Shown: positions 9,834 to 19,754, counted from the first letter of the stretch. The stretch is 32,000 bases of DNA from Methanocaldococcus jannaschii DSM 2661 (GCF_000091665.1 NC_000909.1:259995-291994); one strand, 5' to 3'. Program-made: numbers and translations. Notes: generated by a model not told the origin, from the letters alone.

Positions 9834-9901
9834 CTCTTCACCATCTAAATATGTAATTATATAGATGTTATTTAGTATAAAAATAAAGAAAATTAGCCAA
9901 T

Positions 9902-10345
9902 TTATTCAATGTTGATTCCTTTCTTAATTGAGGATTCTGCCTTTGGTAATATAACTGATAAAACACCATTTTCAAACTTAGCTGAGGCATTTTCTTCCTT
10001 AACAGTTGCAGGAAGTTTTATTGTTCTATATATTTCTTCCTCTTCTGGAATTTCTGAGTAGATAATTCTTTCACTCTCAGTTATCATTAATGGGCTTCTC
10101 TTAGCTCTAATCTCTAATGTATCTCCAACTGCATTTAAAATTATGTCCTCTTTATTAACCCCTGGCAACCATGCAATAACTTTTATATGCTGGTCTCCTT
10201 CAATAATTGAGATTGGCATGAACCCTTTTCCAGAAATTTGTATTCCTGTTGAGCTTTGAATCATTGTGGTTCCTGTCATTGGTGTTGCAAAAAACTCTTT
10301 AAACATTCTTTCAAATAATGAATCAAATGGGTCTCTTCCGAACAT
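9902..10345 (-). CDS. hsp16.5: small heat-shock protein, Hsp16.5-like (Hsp20/alpha-crystallin)
   Basis: 147-aa sequence matches my recollection of M. jannaschii Hsp16.5 ([25 protein letters not shown]...GINIE); alpha-crystallin domain. Confidence 0.96.
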
Positions 10346-10498
10346 TTGCCCCCACCTCTCTTTTTTGGTTTTCTATATATGTAATGTTTTTGAAGTTCTA
10401 TATAAACTTTTCTATAATCTATTAATTTAAATTATGGAATACAACTGTAAATAAAAAAAACATCAAACAATATAAAAATAGGTAAATTAAAAAAGCCG

Positions 10499-10852
10499 TT
10501 ATTTTTTTACAAAATTAATTTCACTAACATCCATTGAAATCCATTTAATTTCTTCTTTCACGAATTCTTTTAACAACATTAATATTTCAATTCTATTCTC
10601 AACAGGGATATCTGTTTGATATAGGAATGAAAACAACCTGTTAATACCCTCTTTTTCTTCCTTTATTAGGGCCAATAAATCTGACATCTGTATTTCATTT
10701 TTTTGATTTTGAGAGAGCAAGTATTTCCATCTCCAAAGTCGTAGTTTTATTAGAAAATTGAACAAATCTTCCATCATCTCTCTTGCAAACTCATCCCCAC
10801 TCAAGCATTCTTTAACGATATCAGAAAGCAAAACCGTTCCAAATTTTTTCAT
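10499..10852 (-). CDS. hypothetical helical protein, last gene of surface-protein cluster
   Basis: 117-aa ORF, all-helical composition, 17 bp from upstream wHTH gene. Confidence 0.6.
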   Translation of the reverse strand: MKKFGTVLLSDIVKECLSGDEFAREMMEDLFNFLIKLRLWRWKYLLSQNQKNEIQMSDLLALIKEEKEGINRLFSFLYQTDIPVENRIEILMLLKEFVKEEIKWISMDVSEINFVKK

Positions 10853-10869
10853 AAAAATCCCCTCACAAT

Positions 10870-11163
10870 TTAAGGCTTGGAGTTCATAATCTCAAATAGT
10901 TCATACAGCGAGGAATACAACTTTTTCCCTAACTCTGTGAGTTCAAATTTCTCTTTATTTTTCTTAATAAATCCATTACTAATCAAAAAATCGATGTATT
11001 TGGAAAAATTTCTCCAATCTAAGTTTGCAGCATACATAATTCTTGTTTTTATTTGTTCTCCTTCCTTGATAATATGCAAAATTTCAAAAATCACTTCAAA
11101 TTGAGACCTTTTATACCTTCTATTCCTATTTTTATTATTTGAGAGTGGAGGGGGAATCCTCAT
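10870..11163 (-). CDS. winged-helix transcriptional regulator (HTH_45/Sso10a-like)
   Basis: KTRIMYAANLDWRNFSKYIDFLISNGFIKKNKEKFELTELGKKL. Confidence 0.8.
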   Translation of the reverse strand: MRIPPPLSNNKNRNRRYKRSQFEVIFEILHIIKEGEQIKTRIMYAANLDWRNFSKYIDFLISNGFIKKNKEKFELTELGKKLYSSLYELFEIMNSKP

Positions 11164-11221
11164 ACTACCACTTTAAAACATTTTTATTTTATTTTTATTT
11201 AAATGTTTAAATGAAGTTTAA

Positions 11222-11758
11222 TTAGAGATGTCTCCTAATCAACATAGCACCTAATCCCAAGATGCTGATGATTAAAACTGCAGTAATTACCAATTCTTTT
11301 GTATGAATCTCATTACCAACTACCATTATCGCAACTTTTGTAGGCAAAACTACACTCGCTTTTAGATTCACGCCTTTTTTATCATCTCCATAATCTACTG
11401 GACTAATTTTCGTTAAAATATCTCCTTCATAGTTGTCCTTTTCCTTTACAGTAAATGTGATATTAACCCCAACAGTTTCTCCTGGTTTTAATGTAAAGTT
11501 ATTCTTCATAATTTTGACTTCTACTTTTTTAGAATTATTTAAATCTCCAGTTGTAACCATTTCCACTTTAACTGGGAAACTATTGGGATTTTTTACATAA
11601 ATAATGCTATTTATATCTTGAGGAAGCCCATTGCTTGCATTCACCATGATATCAATTTTTGGTGGAGTTATTGCCCCACTTAAACCACTAACCTGTGAAA
11701 TGGCCATAATGACAAATATGACAGATAATAAACCAAAAATTGCAGAGAATTTTTTCAT
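11222..11758 (-). CDS. secreted/membrane-anchored beta-rich protein with signal peptide and C-terminal TM helix
   Basis: MKKFSAIFGLLSVIFVIMAISQVSGLSGA signal peptide; C-term ELVITAVLIISILGLGAMLIRRHL. Confidence 0.75.
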   Translation of the reverse strand: MKKFSAIFGLLSVIFVIMAISQVSGLSGAITPPKIDIMVNASNGLPQDINSIIYVKNPNSFPVKVEMVTTGDLNNSKKVEVKIMKNNFTLKPGETVGVNITFTVKEKDNYEGDILTKISPVDYGDDKKGVNLKASVVLPTKVAIMVVGNEIHTKELVITAVLIISILGLGAMLIRRHL

Positions 11759-11800
11759 AAGTAATCACCTTACTATCAAAAAATTAAAAAGTTGGGGGAT

Positions 11801-12817
11801 TTATAATCCAAGTCCATAGAATGTAATTGAACCTCCATAGCAACCGCTTGGTAATGGTGTTGGAACATCGAGTGTGAAATTAACTTCTAAAGCATTTGTA
11901 TGGCATGGTTTGAGTGGTTGCCATAATAGAACTTTGACATTGTTTTGGAGGTGAGTATTGTAGCTCTGTGTCATATTGTTTGCTTTTATAACATGTGCTT
12001 TGATATTCTCTGCTGGAATTATTCCAGTTCCTCCTGCCTGTGTCATTGAGGTTGCTGAAACGAATACTGCTATCTTAGTTCCTACTCCATCTGGGTCAAT
12101 ATTGTGGATTGTTACAACATTCTCAGTTGCTGGGACATTAGTATCTCCTGGATTTACATTACCGAAGCTTAATCCTGTGAATGGAGCAGGATATGCATCG
12201 TTATCTTTTGTAACGTTTATTCCAATCATTGGGTTCAAGAATATCTTACCTTTCTTGATGTATCCTGTGCATGCACCATGTTTGTCTGTTGCTTTAACAT
12301 AGACATCGAAGCATCCGTATGCGCCTGCAGGGACTGTCCATTGTGCGTAGAATGTTAAGGTTGTTAAATCAGCATCTCCACTTGTTGATGTGTCAAATCC
12401 TGCATGGATTACATATGTTGGATTTGAAGGAGATTGTCCTTGTGGAACTAATAAGAAATCTACTCCAGCTCCATTTGTTTGTAAATCTTGCTCCCCGTTA
12501 GGGTCGCTAACATTTACATAGAAGGTTACTCCTTCTCCAGTATAGGCATAAGCCTCTAAAGCGTCACTTCTTAAAAGACCAGGAGTTACTCCAGTTGTAT
12601 TCTTATATTCATATACTTTTATTCCTTGAACTGTTCTTATTACCATTTCGTAACTGCTACAATTAACTACAGGCTTAAGGTTGTCTACAGTTGCAGTTGT
12701 GTGTCCTGTTCCATAAGTTGTTGAAATAGCAAATGTGGAACCCATTACTGCAACTCCCATGATTATTGAGAGTAGCAGCGATAATATATACCTCGTAGAA
12801 TTTTTCATTTCAAACAC
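11801..12817 (-). CDS. secreted beta-sandwich surface protein (possible filament or S-layer-associated component)
   Basis: 338 aa; signal peptide YILSLLLSIIMGVAVMGSTFA; Gly/Thr/Asn-rich ectodomain, 5 Cys after the signal; LSFGNVNPGDTNVP...NVVTIHNIDPDG segment. Confidence 0.75.
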   Translation of the reverse strand: MFEMKNSTRYILSLLLSIIMGVAVMGSTFAISTTYGTGHTTATVDNLKPVVNCSSYEMVIRTVQGIKVYEYKNTTGVTPGLLRSDALEAYAYTGEGVTFYVNVSDPNGEQDLQTNGAGVDFLLVPQGQSPSNPTYVIHAGFDTSTSGDADLTTLTFYAQWTVPAGAYGCFDVYVKATDKHGACTGYIKKGKIFLNPMIGINVTKDNDAYPAPFTGLSFGNVNPGDTNVPATENVVTIHNIDPDGVGTKIAVFVSATSMTQAGGTGIIPAENIKAHVIKANNMTQSYNTHLQNNVKVLLWQPLKPCHTNALEVNFTLDVPTPLPSGCYGGSITFYGLGL

Positions 12818-12839
12818 CTCATAAATTTCTTAAATTTTA

Positions 12840-12917
12840 TTAGCAAGGAAAACCTCCCCCAATTATTGAGAGTATTAAATAAATCAACCAATGTATAATG
12901 CTACCATCTACTACCAT
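12840..12917 (-). other. candidate 25-aa hydrophobic micro-ORF (MVVDGSIIHWLIYLILSIIGGGFPC)
   Basis: Own translation; no strong ribosome-binding site of its own; lies between surface gene start and upstream micro-ORF. Confidence 0.25.
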
Positions 12918-12923
12918 TTGACA

Positions 12924-12974
12924 TCACCCAGCAGTTTTAGACTTCAATTTTTGTAATACTTGACTTACCCTCAT
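12924..12974 (-). other. candidate 16-aa micro-ORF (MRVSQVLQKLKSKTAG) with strong Shine-Dalgarno
   Basis: GGGGGAGGTGATA immediately before ATG at 12974 matches the archaeal anti-SD; AT-rich TATA-like stretch about 25-35 nt further upstream. Confidence 0.4.
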
Positions 12975-13120
12975 TATCACCTCCCCCACATCTTCTGATT
13001 ATACTATATTGTGTATTTTGTTAATATGATTTATGAATGTAAAGCATGTGGAAAAAACAGATGTGTTAATCCATTTAGTTTTTAAATTTTTTATGAAAAG
13101 TAAAAAAGAAAATAAGGCAA

Positions 13121-13756
13121 TTATTTATCTGGATAAATTAATCTAAAAACTTCTTCAATTTTCTCCAATAATAACTCACCCTTAGGTGTTAATGTATAAA
13201 CCCCATCTGTTTTTCTGATAAATTCATTATCTAACAAGTATCCTATATAATTACGAAATGTTTTCCAATCTAAATTTGCAGCATACATTATTTTTGTCTT
13301 TTTTAATTCCTTGTTCTTTACAGCCTTTAAGATTTCAAATATTATCATTATTTTGTCTCGCTTTACACTTGGTAAAGTACTTTTATCTTTATCATCCTCA
13401 CAATCTTTTATATCTTTTCCAATATATTTTAATATTATCCTTTTCAATAAGTCCTCCTGATACACTTCAGGAATTTCTTTTAGAATTAAAAGGGCATTTA
13501 AAATAGCATCTTTGTCATTTTCTAAAAGTACCTCTTCTAAATGTTTAATTAGTTGAGTAATTTGGACTTTTCCTTTTAGATATAAATTTCCTAAAATAGC
13601 TAAACAAGTTATTTTTAATTGAATATCATCAGATTTTAAAAAACCATAAATTTCCTCTAACAATAATGTATCTTCTTCAATCAGTTGTAAAACATCATTT
13701 ATTTTACCATTTTTAATTAACTCTTTAATTTCTCCTTGTTTTGAAATACATTTCAT
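13121..13756 (-). CDS. HEAT-like helical repeat N-terminus fused to HTH_45-type winged helix
   Basis: LLEEIYGFLKSDDIQLKITCLAILGNLYLKG...; C-terminal KKTKIMYAANLDWKTFRNYIGYLLDNEFIRKTDGVYTLTPKGELL parallels the 10870-11163 protein. Confidence 0.75.
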   Translation of the reverse strand: MKCISKQGEIKELIKNGKINDVLQLIEEDTLLLEEIYGFLKSDDIQLKITCLAILGNLYLKGKVQITQLIKHLEEVLLENDKDAILNALLILKEIPEVYQEDLLKRIILKYIGKDIKDCEDDKDKSTLPSVKRDKIMIIFEILKAVKNKELKKTKIMYAANLDWKTFRNYIGYLLDNEFIRKTDGVYTLTPKGELLLEKIEEVFRLIYPDK

Positions 13757-13893
13757 AGTTTCACCCCAAAACGACCCGCAAACAGAACAGAGATTACATA
13801 TAAATATTGTTCGTAATTTTATTATATTAAAATTACTTTAACAATGCTTTATTCAAATTTAATATTTATATATCGGCATAGGAGGGATTACAA

Positions 13894-15123
13894 ATGTTTG
13901 GAAAATTAAAAGAAAAACTCTTAGAAACTGCATCAAAGATTACTGAAAAAATATACAGCAAAGGAGAAGCTGAAGAAGTTAAAGAAGAAAAAGAGGAAAA
14001 ATCAAAAATATCCTTCACAAGTTTATTTAAAAAAGAACCTAAAAAAGAAGAAGTAAAAAAAGAAAAAGCAGAAGAAGAAATTAAAAAATCTGAAATTGTA
14101 AAAACAGAACCTTCTGAAAAAGTAGAAGAAGCTAAAGAGGAAATTAAAGAAATTAAAGAAGAAAAAGAGGAGAAAAAAATAACGTTCTTTGATAGATTTG
14201 GCTTAACAAGAGCTATTAAGAAAGTTCTTAAAAAAGAAGTTGTTATCTTAGAGGAAGATATAGAAGATGTCTTAGAAGAGTTAGAAATAGCACTCTTAGA
14301 GGCAGATGTTGCATTAGAAGTTGTTGAAAAGCTAATTGAAAATATTAAAAATGAATTAGTTGGAAGAAAAATCTCTCCAGATGATAACGTAGAAGAGATT
14401 ACAATAAACGCAGTAAAAAATGCTATAAAAAATATATTATCCCAAGAAAAAATTGATATTGAAGAAATAATCAAAAAGAATAAAGCAGAAGGAAAACCAA
14501 CAGTCATCGTATTTGTTGGAATCAATGGAACTGGAAAAACTACAACTATAGCTAAATTAGCATATAAATTAAAGCAGAAAGGTTATAGCGTAGTTTTAGC
14601 CGCTGGAGACACTTTCAGAGCTGGAGCTATTGAGCAATTAGAACAGCATGCTAAAAACGTTGGAGTTAAGGTTATTAAGCATAAGCCGGGAGCTGATTCT
14701 GCGGCAGTTATCTATGATGCTATACAACATGCAAAAGCAAGAGGAATTGATGTTGTTTTGGCTGATACAGCAGGAAGACAGGCAACAAATGTTAATTTAA
14801 TGGAAGAGATTAAAAAAGTGGTTAGAGTCACAAAACCAGATTTGGTTATATTCGTTGGAGATGCTTTAACTGGAAACGATGCTGTATATCAGGCAGAAGA
14901 ATTTAATAGAGCAGTGAATATTGATGGAATTATCTTAACAAAAGTAGATGCTGATGCTAAAGGTGGAGCGGCTCTATCAATAGGCTATGCAATTGGAAAA
15001 CCAATTTTATATTTAGGAGTAGGACAGAGGTATCAAGATTTAATAGAATTTGATGCTGACTGGATGGTTAGGAAATTGTTTGGAGAAGAAGAGTTTGAAT
15101 TTTCAACTGAAAGAGAGTTTTAA
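13894..15123 (+). CDS. ftsY: signal recognition particle receptor FtsY
   Basis: [48 protein letters not shown]. Confidence 0.96.
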
Positions 15124-15136
15124 TATTAAAAAATTT

Positions 15137-15418
15137 TTATTCGGACAAGTTGTCATTATATGCTGCGTGAGCAATTGCATGAGCTAAGAATGGAGCTAAG
15201 ATTAGATAAACAAACGCTAAAAGAGTTTCTCCCAAAGCTATAAAAATTAAGAAGCATGCACAGTCAATAACACCTAAAATATGTATCCTTGCATAAATTA
15301 TGTTTTTTCTATCTTTTTCTATCCATAATCTATAAGAAGCCAACAAAATACCAAATGAAGCGATAAGAACAAGAATATCTTTAACAATTCCAATAAATTG
15401 TTCCATAAGCATCACCAA
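15137..15418 (-). CDS. small membrane protein resembling MnhG/EhbB-type subunit
   Basis: Three hydrophobic helices with YARIHILGVIDCACFLIFIALGE...FLAHAIAHAAY pattern. Likely start is MEQF, after SD GGTGAT. Confidence 0.5.
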   Translation of the reverse strand: MVMLMEQFIGIVKDILVLIASFGILLASYRLWIEKDRKNIIYARIHILGVIDCACFLIFIALGETLLAFVYLILAPFLAHAIAHAAYNDNLSE

Positions 15419-15489
15419 CTTATTAGGAATTTATAATGATTAATAATGATAAATCTTATTTATAACTTTTGGTGATAATAGGCTTATAT

Positions 15490-15590
15490 TGCCATGGGGA
15501 AAACCCCTATTGGGATACCCGAGCGAGGTTGCCAAGACAACCTCACTTTAATAAAGATTTGAGAGCATATCAATAGGAGCAAAACCCTTG
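15490..15590. ncRNA. candidate structured non-coding RNA or mobile-element relic
   Basis: GC-rich island in AT-rich spacer; stems GAGGTTG(15525-15531)/CAACCTC(15538-15544), CCTATTG(15506-15512)/CAATAGG(15571-15577), and GGGG-AAAA-CCCC; TATA-like tract at ~15457-15468. Confidence 0.4.
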
Positions 15591-15604
15591 GATGTATAAC
15601 TTTT

Positions 15605-16171
15605 TTGGTGGATAACATGTTTATTGTGTTTGAGGGTATAGATGGTAGTGGAAAAACTACACAATCAAAGCTTTTAGCTAAAAAAATGGATGCATTTTGG
15701 ACTTATGAGCCATCAAATAGCTTAGTAGGGAAAATAATAAGAGAAATTTTATCTGGAAAAACAGAAGTGGATAATAAAACCTTAGCTTTGTTATTTGCGG
15801 CTGATAGAATAGAGCATACAAAATTAATAAAAGAAGAATTAAAAAAGAGAGACGTTGTTTGTGATAGATATCTATACTCATCTATTGCCTATCAAAGTGT
15901 TGCAGGAGTTGATGAGAATTTTATAAAATCAATAAACAGATATGCTCTAAAGCCAGATATTGTTTTTTTATTAATTGTTGATATTGAGACAGCATTAAAG
16001 AGGGTTAAAACAAAAGACATATTTGAAAAAAAAGATTTTTTAAAAAAAGTTCAGGATAAATATTTAGAGTTAGCTGAAGAATATAATTTTATAGTTATTG
16101 ACACAACAAAAAAGTCAGTAGAAGAGGTTCATAATGAGATTATAGGTTATTTAAAAAACATACCTCATTAA
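15605..16171 (+). CDS. tmk: thymidylate kinase
   Basis: FIVFEGIDGSGKTTQSKLLAKKM, DRYLYSSIAYQ. Probable start is the internal ATG (MFIVFEG) after GGTGG. Confidence 0.93.
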   Translation: MVDNMFIVFEGIDGSGKTTQSKLLAKKMDAFWTYEPSNSLVGKIIREILSGKTEVDNKTLALLFAADRIEHTKLIKEELKKRDVVCDRYLYSSIAYQSVAGVDENFIKSINRYALKPDIVFLLIVDIETALKRVKTKDIFEKKDFLKKVQDKYLELAEEYNFIVIDTTKKSVEEVHNEIIGYLKNIPH

Positions 16172-16238
16172 TTGTATAGAGACTATCAAGTTAAGTTTTT
16201 ATTAAATATTGATAAAAAAATAATAAAATATGAGGCTC

Positions 16239-16530
16239 ATGATAGAAGTTATAAAGGAGAAAATCGTAGAGAGGAAGCTTTTTAAAAGGAATAGGAATCG
16301 ATAGAGGTTAAAATCTTAGCAGGGCTTTTATACTACCTCGGATTATCGTTAAGGAAGGTAAGTTTATTCCTTTCCCAATTCGAAGACATAAGCCACGAAT
16401 CGGTTAGAATTTATTATCACAAGATTAAAGAGGTTTTAAATAGATTTCCAAGTAATAGTAAATTCGATACGGTTGTTAGTTGGATAAAAAGCTTCATAAT
16501 GTTCTACAATTGGGTGAAATCACTAACTTA
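16239..16530 (+). pseudogene. relic of a DDE-type insertion sequence transposase (IS6/IS240-like), frameshifted and internally deleted
   Basis: Frame 1: [21 protein letters not shown]; after a one-base shift: [75 protein letters not shown]; catalytic middle absent. Confidence 0.8.
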
Positions 16531-16543
16531 CAACCTCTCCTAT

Positions 16544-19069
16544 TTATTTCTTTCCTTTCATTGAAATAAATTCCATAACTTTTTTATGAAGTTCTGCAAT
16601 CATCTTCTTCTTATCTTCCATAAATATCACATCTGATGAAGCTGAAACAACCAAATTGAAGGCAAATGGTGAAGGAGAAGGCAACTCTAAATAATAAATC
16701 TTCCTCCTCTTAATTTTTTCAAAATAATCTAAGGCATTATCAATGTCTAAGCTATCCTCTAAAATTTCCCTCAATGTCTCTCTATATAATGGATGATTAA
16801 CCTCTTTACAGTATTTTAAAAGCATCTCAGCATTAAACTGCTGTCTATCAACGCTGATTTTTCTATTCATATATCTTCTCAAAATCATAAAACCTCTTGT
16901 AGCAACATGCCTAAATCTCCTCTTTAAAATCTCACTTCTTTCTATACTCTCTTTTACATTTTTAACAACATCTAAGTTGAAGAGTTCAGTTATATCAGCT
17001 CTCTTTATTTTTCTATTTTTTGGTAGTATTAAAGCGAAGCCATAATCATTCACCGATATTCTAACATTACATTTCTTTATTTTTGAGATATAATTAGCAA
17101 AGGCCCTTGCTAATGCCTCATTAGCCCTTCTCCCAGCTACAAAGTGAAATATATAGTATCTTCTCTTTTCCTCATCAAAATTCTCTATAAGCACTTTTTC
17201 ATCATCAGGCACTATTGCAAATTTGTTCTGCTCATCCATATAATTTTTAATTGCCTTAGCTGTTTTTTCATCTATGTCATATTTTTCTCTAATTTCCTCT
17301 ATATCTGAAGATAAAACTTCCTTTCTAAATTTTTCAATATCTAAAGCCAAGTCATAAGCTAATGGCAACTGCTCAGAAAACCACGCTGGAATTGTTGGCT
17401 TTTCATCAAAAACTTCCTTAACTCTAATTTTATTTCCTCTACCTCCTAAGTATTTGTATGTCTTTCCTCCTAAAACAAAAATATCTCCCTTCATCAGCTT
17501 TTCAGCAAACTCCTCTTCAACCTCTCCAACGTATTTGCCATCTGCTATAACATCAACCGCTGTCTCATCAGGAATAGTCCCAACATTCATATAATATATA
17601 GCCCTAACACTTTTTCCTCTCTTCCCAAATTTGTTATCTTTAAGCCAAATCTTTGCATAGACATTTTTTTCTTCAATTCCACCAGCTAAATAATTTAAAA
17701 CATCTAAGAAATCTTTTTTACTTAAATCCTTATATGGATAGGCTTTTTTAATTAAATTATAAGCTTCATCAACATCCCAAACCTTCTCTAATGCCATTCC
17801 AACCAAATGTTGAGCTAAAACATCCAAACAGTTTTTTGGAATATGAATTCTGTCAATCTTCCCAATTTTTGCATCATAAGCTAAAACTACGTTTTCAACT
17901 AAATCATCCCTATCAAATGGAATTATAATCCCCTTACTTTTCTCATGTAACCTATGCCCACTCCTACCAATTCTTTGTAGAGCTCTTGAAACACTCTTTG
18001 GTGAGCCGAGAAGAATAACTAAGTCAATACTTCCAATATCTACCCCAAGTTCAAGTGATGTCGATGAGATACAAACCCTAATCTCTCCTTTTTTCAATTT
18101 CTCCTCAACTTCTAACCTATGCTCTCTGCTTAAAGATGAGTGGTGTGTTTCAACTTTCTCAACTCCCAACTGCTTCAAATAAAATGCTACTCTTTCAGTA
18201 GCACTTCTTGTATTTGTAAAGATCAAGGTTGTTTTATGCTCTTCTATGAGTTTTTTTAATAAATTGTATAATCTTTTACTAATTTCCTCTGAAGGGGTGT
18301 AGATAAAATCATCTACTGGAGAGATAACCTTTATCTCAATCTCTTTTTTATAGCTAACATCTACAATATAGCAATCTCTTCCATTACCAACTAAAAATTT
18401 GGCAACTTCAGTTAATGGATGAATGGTTGCTGATAAACCAATTCTTATAAAGTTAGCTATCCTATTTAATCTCTCCAAAGAAAGTGAGAGATGAACTCCT
18501 CTTTTGTTTGTTAAAGCGTGAATTTCATCAACTATTACATATTTAATTCCACTCAATAACTGGGAGAATTTTGGTGAGTTTAAGGCAATAGCTAATGATT
18601 CGGGGGTTGTTATTAAAATGTGAGGGGGCTTTTTTAGCATCCTCTGCTTTTGCGAGCTTGTTGTATCACTTGTTCTTACAGCTACTCTAATTTCATCTAA
18701 CTCAATACCAATTTCTTTAGCAACATCATAAATCTCTTTTAACGGCTCTTTTAAATTTCTCTCAATATCGTTATTTAAAGCCCTTAGCGGAGATACATAG
18801 AGAATATAAATTCTATCTTCCAATTTATTTTCCATTGATAATTTTATTAACTCATTTATTCCTGCTAAAAAAGCTGATAATGTCTTTCCACTCCCAGTAG
18901 GTGAGCAAATTAAAACATTCTTCCCTTCATGAATCTCTTTAATTGCATATCTTTGTGGTGGAGTAAAGGTTTTATACTTTCTTTTAAACCATTCTTTTAC
19001 TGGTTTCTCTAAGATTTCATAGATTTCCTCATCAGAATACTCTTTTTTTAAATACTCTACTCTTCCCAT
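16544..19069 (-). CDS. Lhr-family ATP-dependent helicase
   Basis: 841 aa; [52 protein letters not shown]. Confidence 0.95.
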   Translation of the reverse strand: MGRVEYLKKEYSDEEIYEILEKPVKEWFKRKYKTFTPPQRYAIKEIHEGKNVLICSPTGSGKTLSAFLAGINELIKLSMENKLEDRIYILYVSPLRALNNDIERNLKEPLKEIYDVAKEIGIELDEIRVAVRTSDTTSSQKQRMLKKPPHILITTPESLAIALNSPKFSQLLSGIKYVIVDEIHALTNKRGVHLSLSLERLNRIANFIRIGLSATIHPLTEVAKFLVGNGRDCYIVDVSYKKEIEIKVISPVDDFIYTPSEEISKRLYNLLKKLIEEHKTTLIFTNTRSATERVAFYLKQLGVEKVETHHSSLSREHRLEVEEKLKKGEIRVCISSTSLELGVDIGSIDLVILLGSPKSVSRALQRIGRSGHRLHEKSKGIIIPFDRDDLVENVVLAYDAKIGKIDRIHIPKNCLDVLAQHLVGMALEKVWDVDEAYNLIKKAYPYKDLSKKDFLDVLNYLAGGIEEKNVYAKIWLKDNKFGKRGKSVRAIYYMNVGTIPDETAVDVIADGKYVGEVEEEFAEKLMKGDIFVLGGKTYKYLGGRGNKIRVKEVFDEKPTIPAWFSEQLPLAYDLALDIEKFRKEVLSSDIEEIREKYDIDEKTAKAIKNYMDEQNKFAIVPDDEKVLIENFDEEKRRYYIFHFVAGRRANEALARAFANYISKIKKCNVRISVNDYGFALILPKNRKIKRADITELFNLDVVKNVKESIERSEILKRRFRHVATRGFMILRRYMNRKISVDRQQFNAEMLLKYCKEVNHPLYRETLREILEDSLDIDNALDYFEKIKRRKIYYLELPSPSPFAFNLVVSASSDVIFMEDKKKMIAELHKKVMEFISMKGKK

Positions 19070-19740
19070 AATCTCCCACTTGTGTAAATGTTAAATTTCC
19101 CATTTCTTGCAAAGCCAATTAATAGGATGTTATTTTCCTCTGCCAATTCTATGGCTTTATCTGTTGGTGGGGATTTTGAGATAATAATATTTAAACCACT
19201 GTTTATAGCTTTTTTAACAATATCAGATGGAATTCTTCCGCTATATCTCAATATTAACTTATTTAAGTTGTAATTGTTTAATATTGCATAACCAATAACT
19301 TTATCAACAGCATTATGTCTCCCAATATCCTCAACAAAAATTATACTATTGCCTTTTAAATCAAACATTGAAGCCCAGTGAAAACTTCCAGTTATTTCCC
19401 AATATTTAGCTTTTATTTCATAAGAAATTATCTTTTTAATGATTTCAATGTCTATTTTTATTTCTTTATTATTTTTATTATTTTTAATCTCTCTATCATT
19501 CTTTTCTCCAAAGATGTTTATGTTGTTTTTATCAACTTCAACTTTATCAATTTTGTTTAAAAACCCTTCACTTATGGCAAAGCCAACTGCAAACTCATTT
19601 AAAAAATTTGGTGACATAGATAAAGATTTAACAAACTCTCCATTGATAAAAATGTTATAGCTTTCTTCAACAGCCACGTAATCTTCCATATCATAAAAAT
19701 CTCTGCCATTAAACTTTTTTATCTTCACCTTTTTAATCAT
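19057..19740 (-). CDS. fdhD: FdhD-like formate dehydrogenase accessory protein, cysteine-free
   Basis: FAVGFAISEGFL, GSFHWASMFD, VEDIGRHNAVDKVIG, SGRIPSDIVKKA; no Cys anywhere. Confidence 0.85.
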   Translation of the reverse strand: MIKKVKIKKFNGRDFYDMEDYVAVEESYNIFINGEFVKSLSMSPNFLNEFAVGFAISEGFLNKIDKVEVDKNNINIFGEKNDREIKNNKNNKEIKIDIEIIKKIISYEIKAKYWEITGSFHWASMFDLKGNSIIFVEDIGRHNAVDKVIGYAILNNYNLNKLILRYSGRIPSDIVKKAINSGLNIIISKSPPTDKAIELAEENNILLIGFARNGKFNIYTSGRLWEE

Positions 19741-19754
19741 AATAAACCCCTTAA

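Noticed and set aside
11976-12302. Plus-strand 108-aa ORF inside the surface protein gene
   Set aside because: Antisense shadow of the 338-aa secreted protein; no own ribosome-binding site or domain.
13866-14525. Minus-strand 219-aa Ser/Phe-rich ORF opposite ftsY
   Set aside because: Antisense shadow of the Lys/Glu-rich FtsY N-terminus (GAA/AAA codons read as TTC/TTT).
15411-15476. Inverted repeat ATCACCAA/TTGGTGAT as a structural element
   Set aside because: One arm is simply the Shine-Dalgarno (GGTGAT) of the minus-strand gene; such SD-derived pairs are expected by chance between divergent genes.
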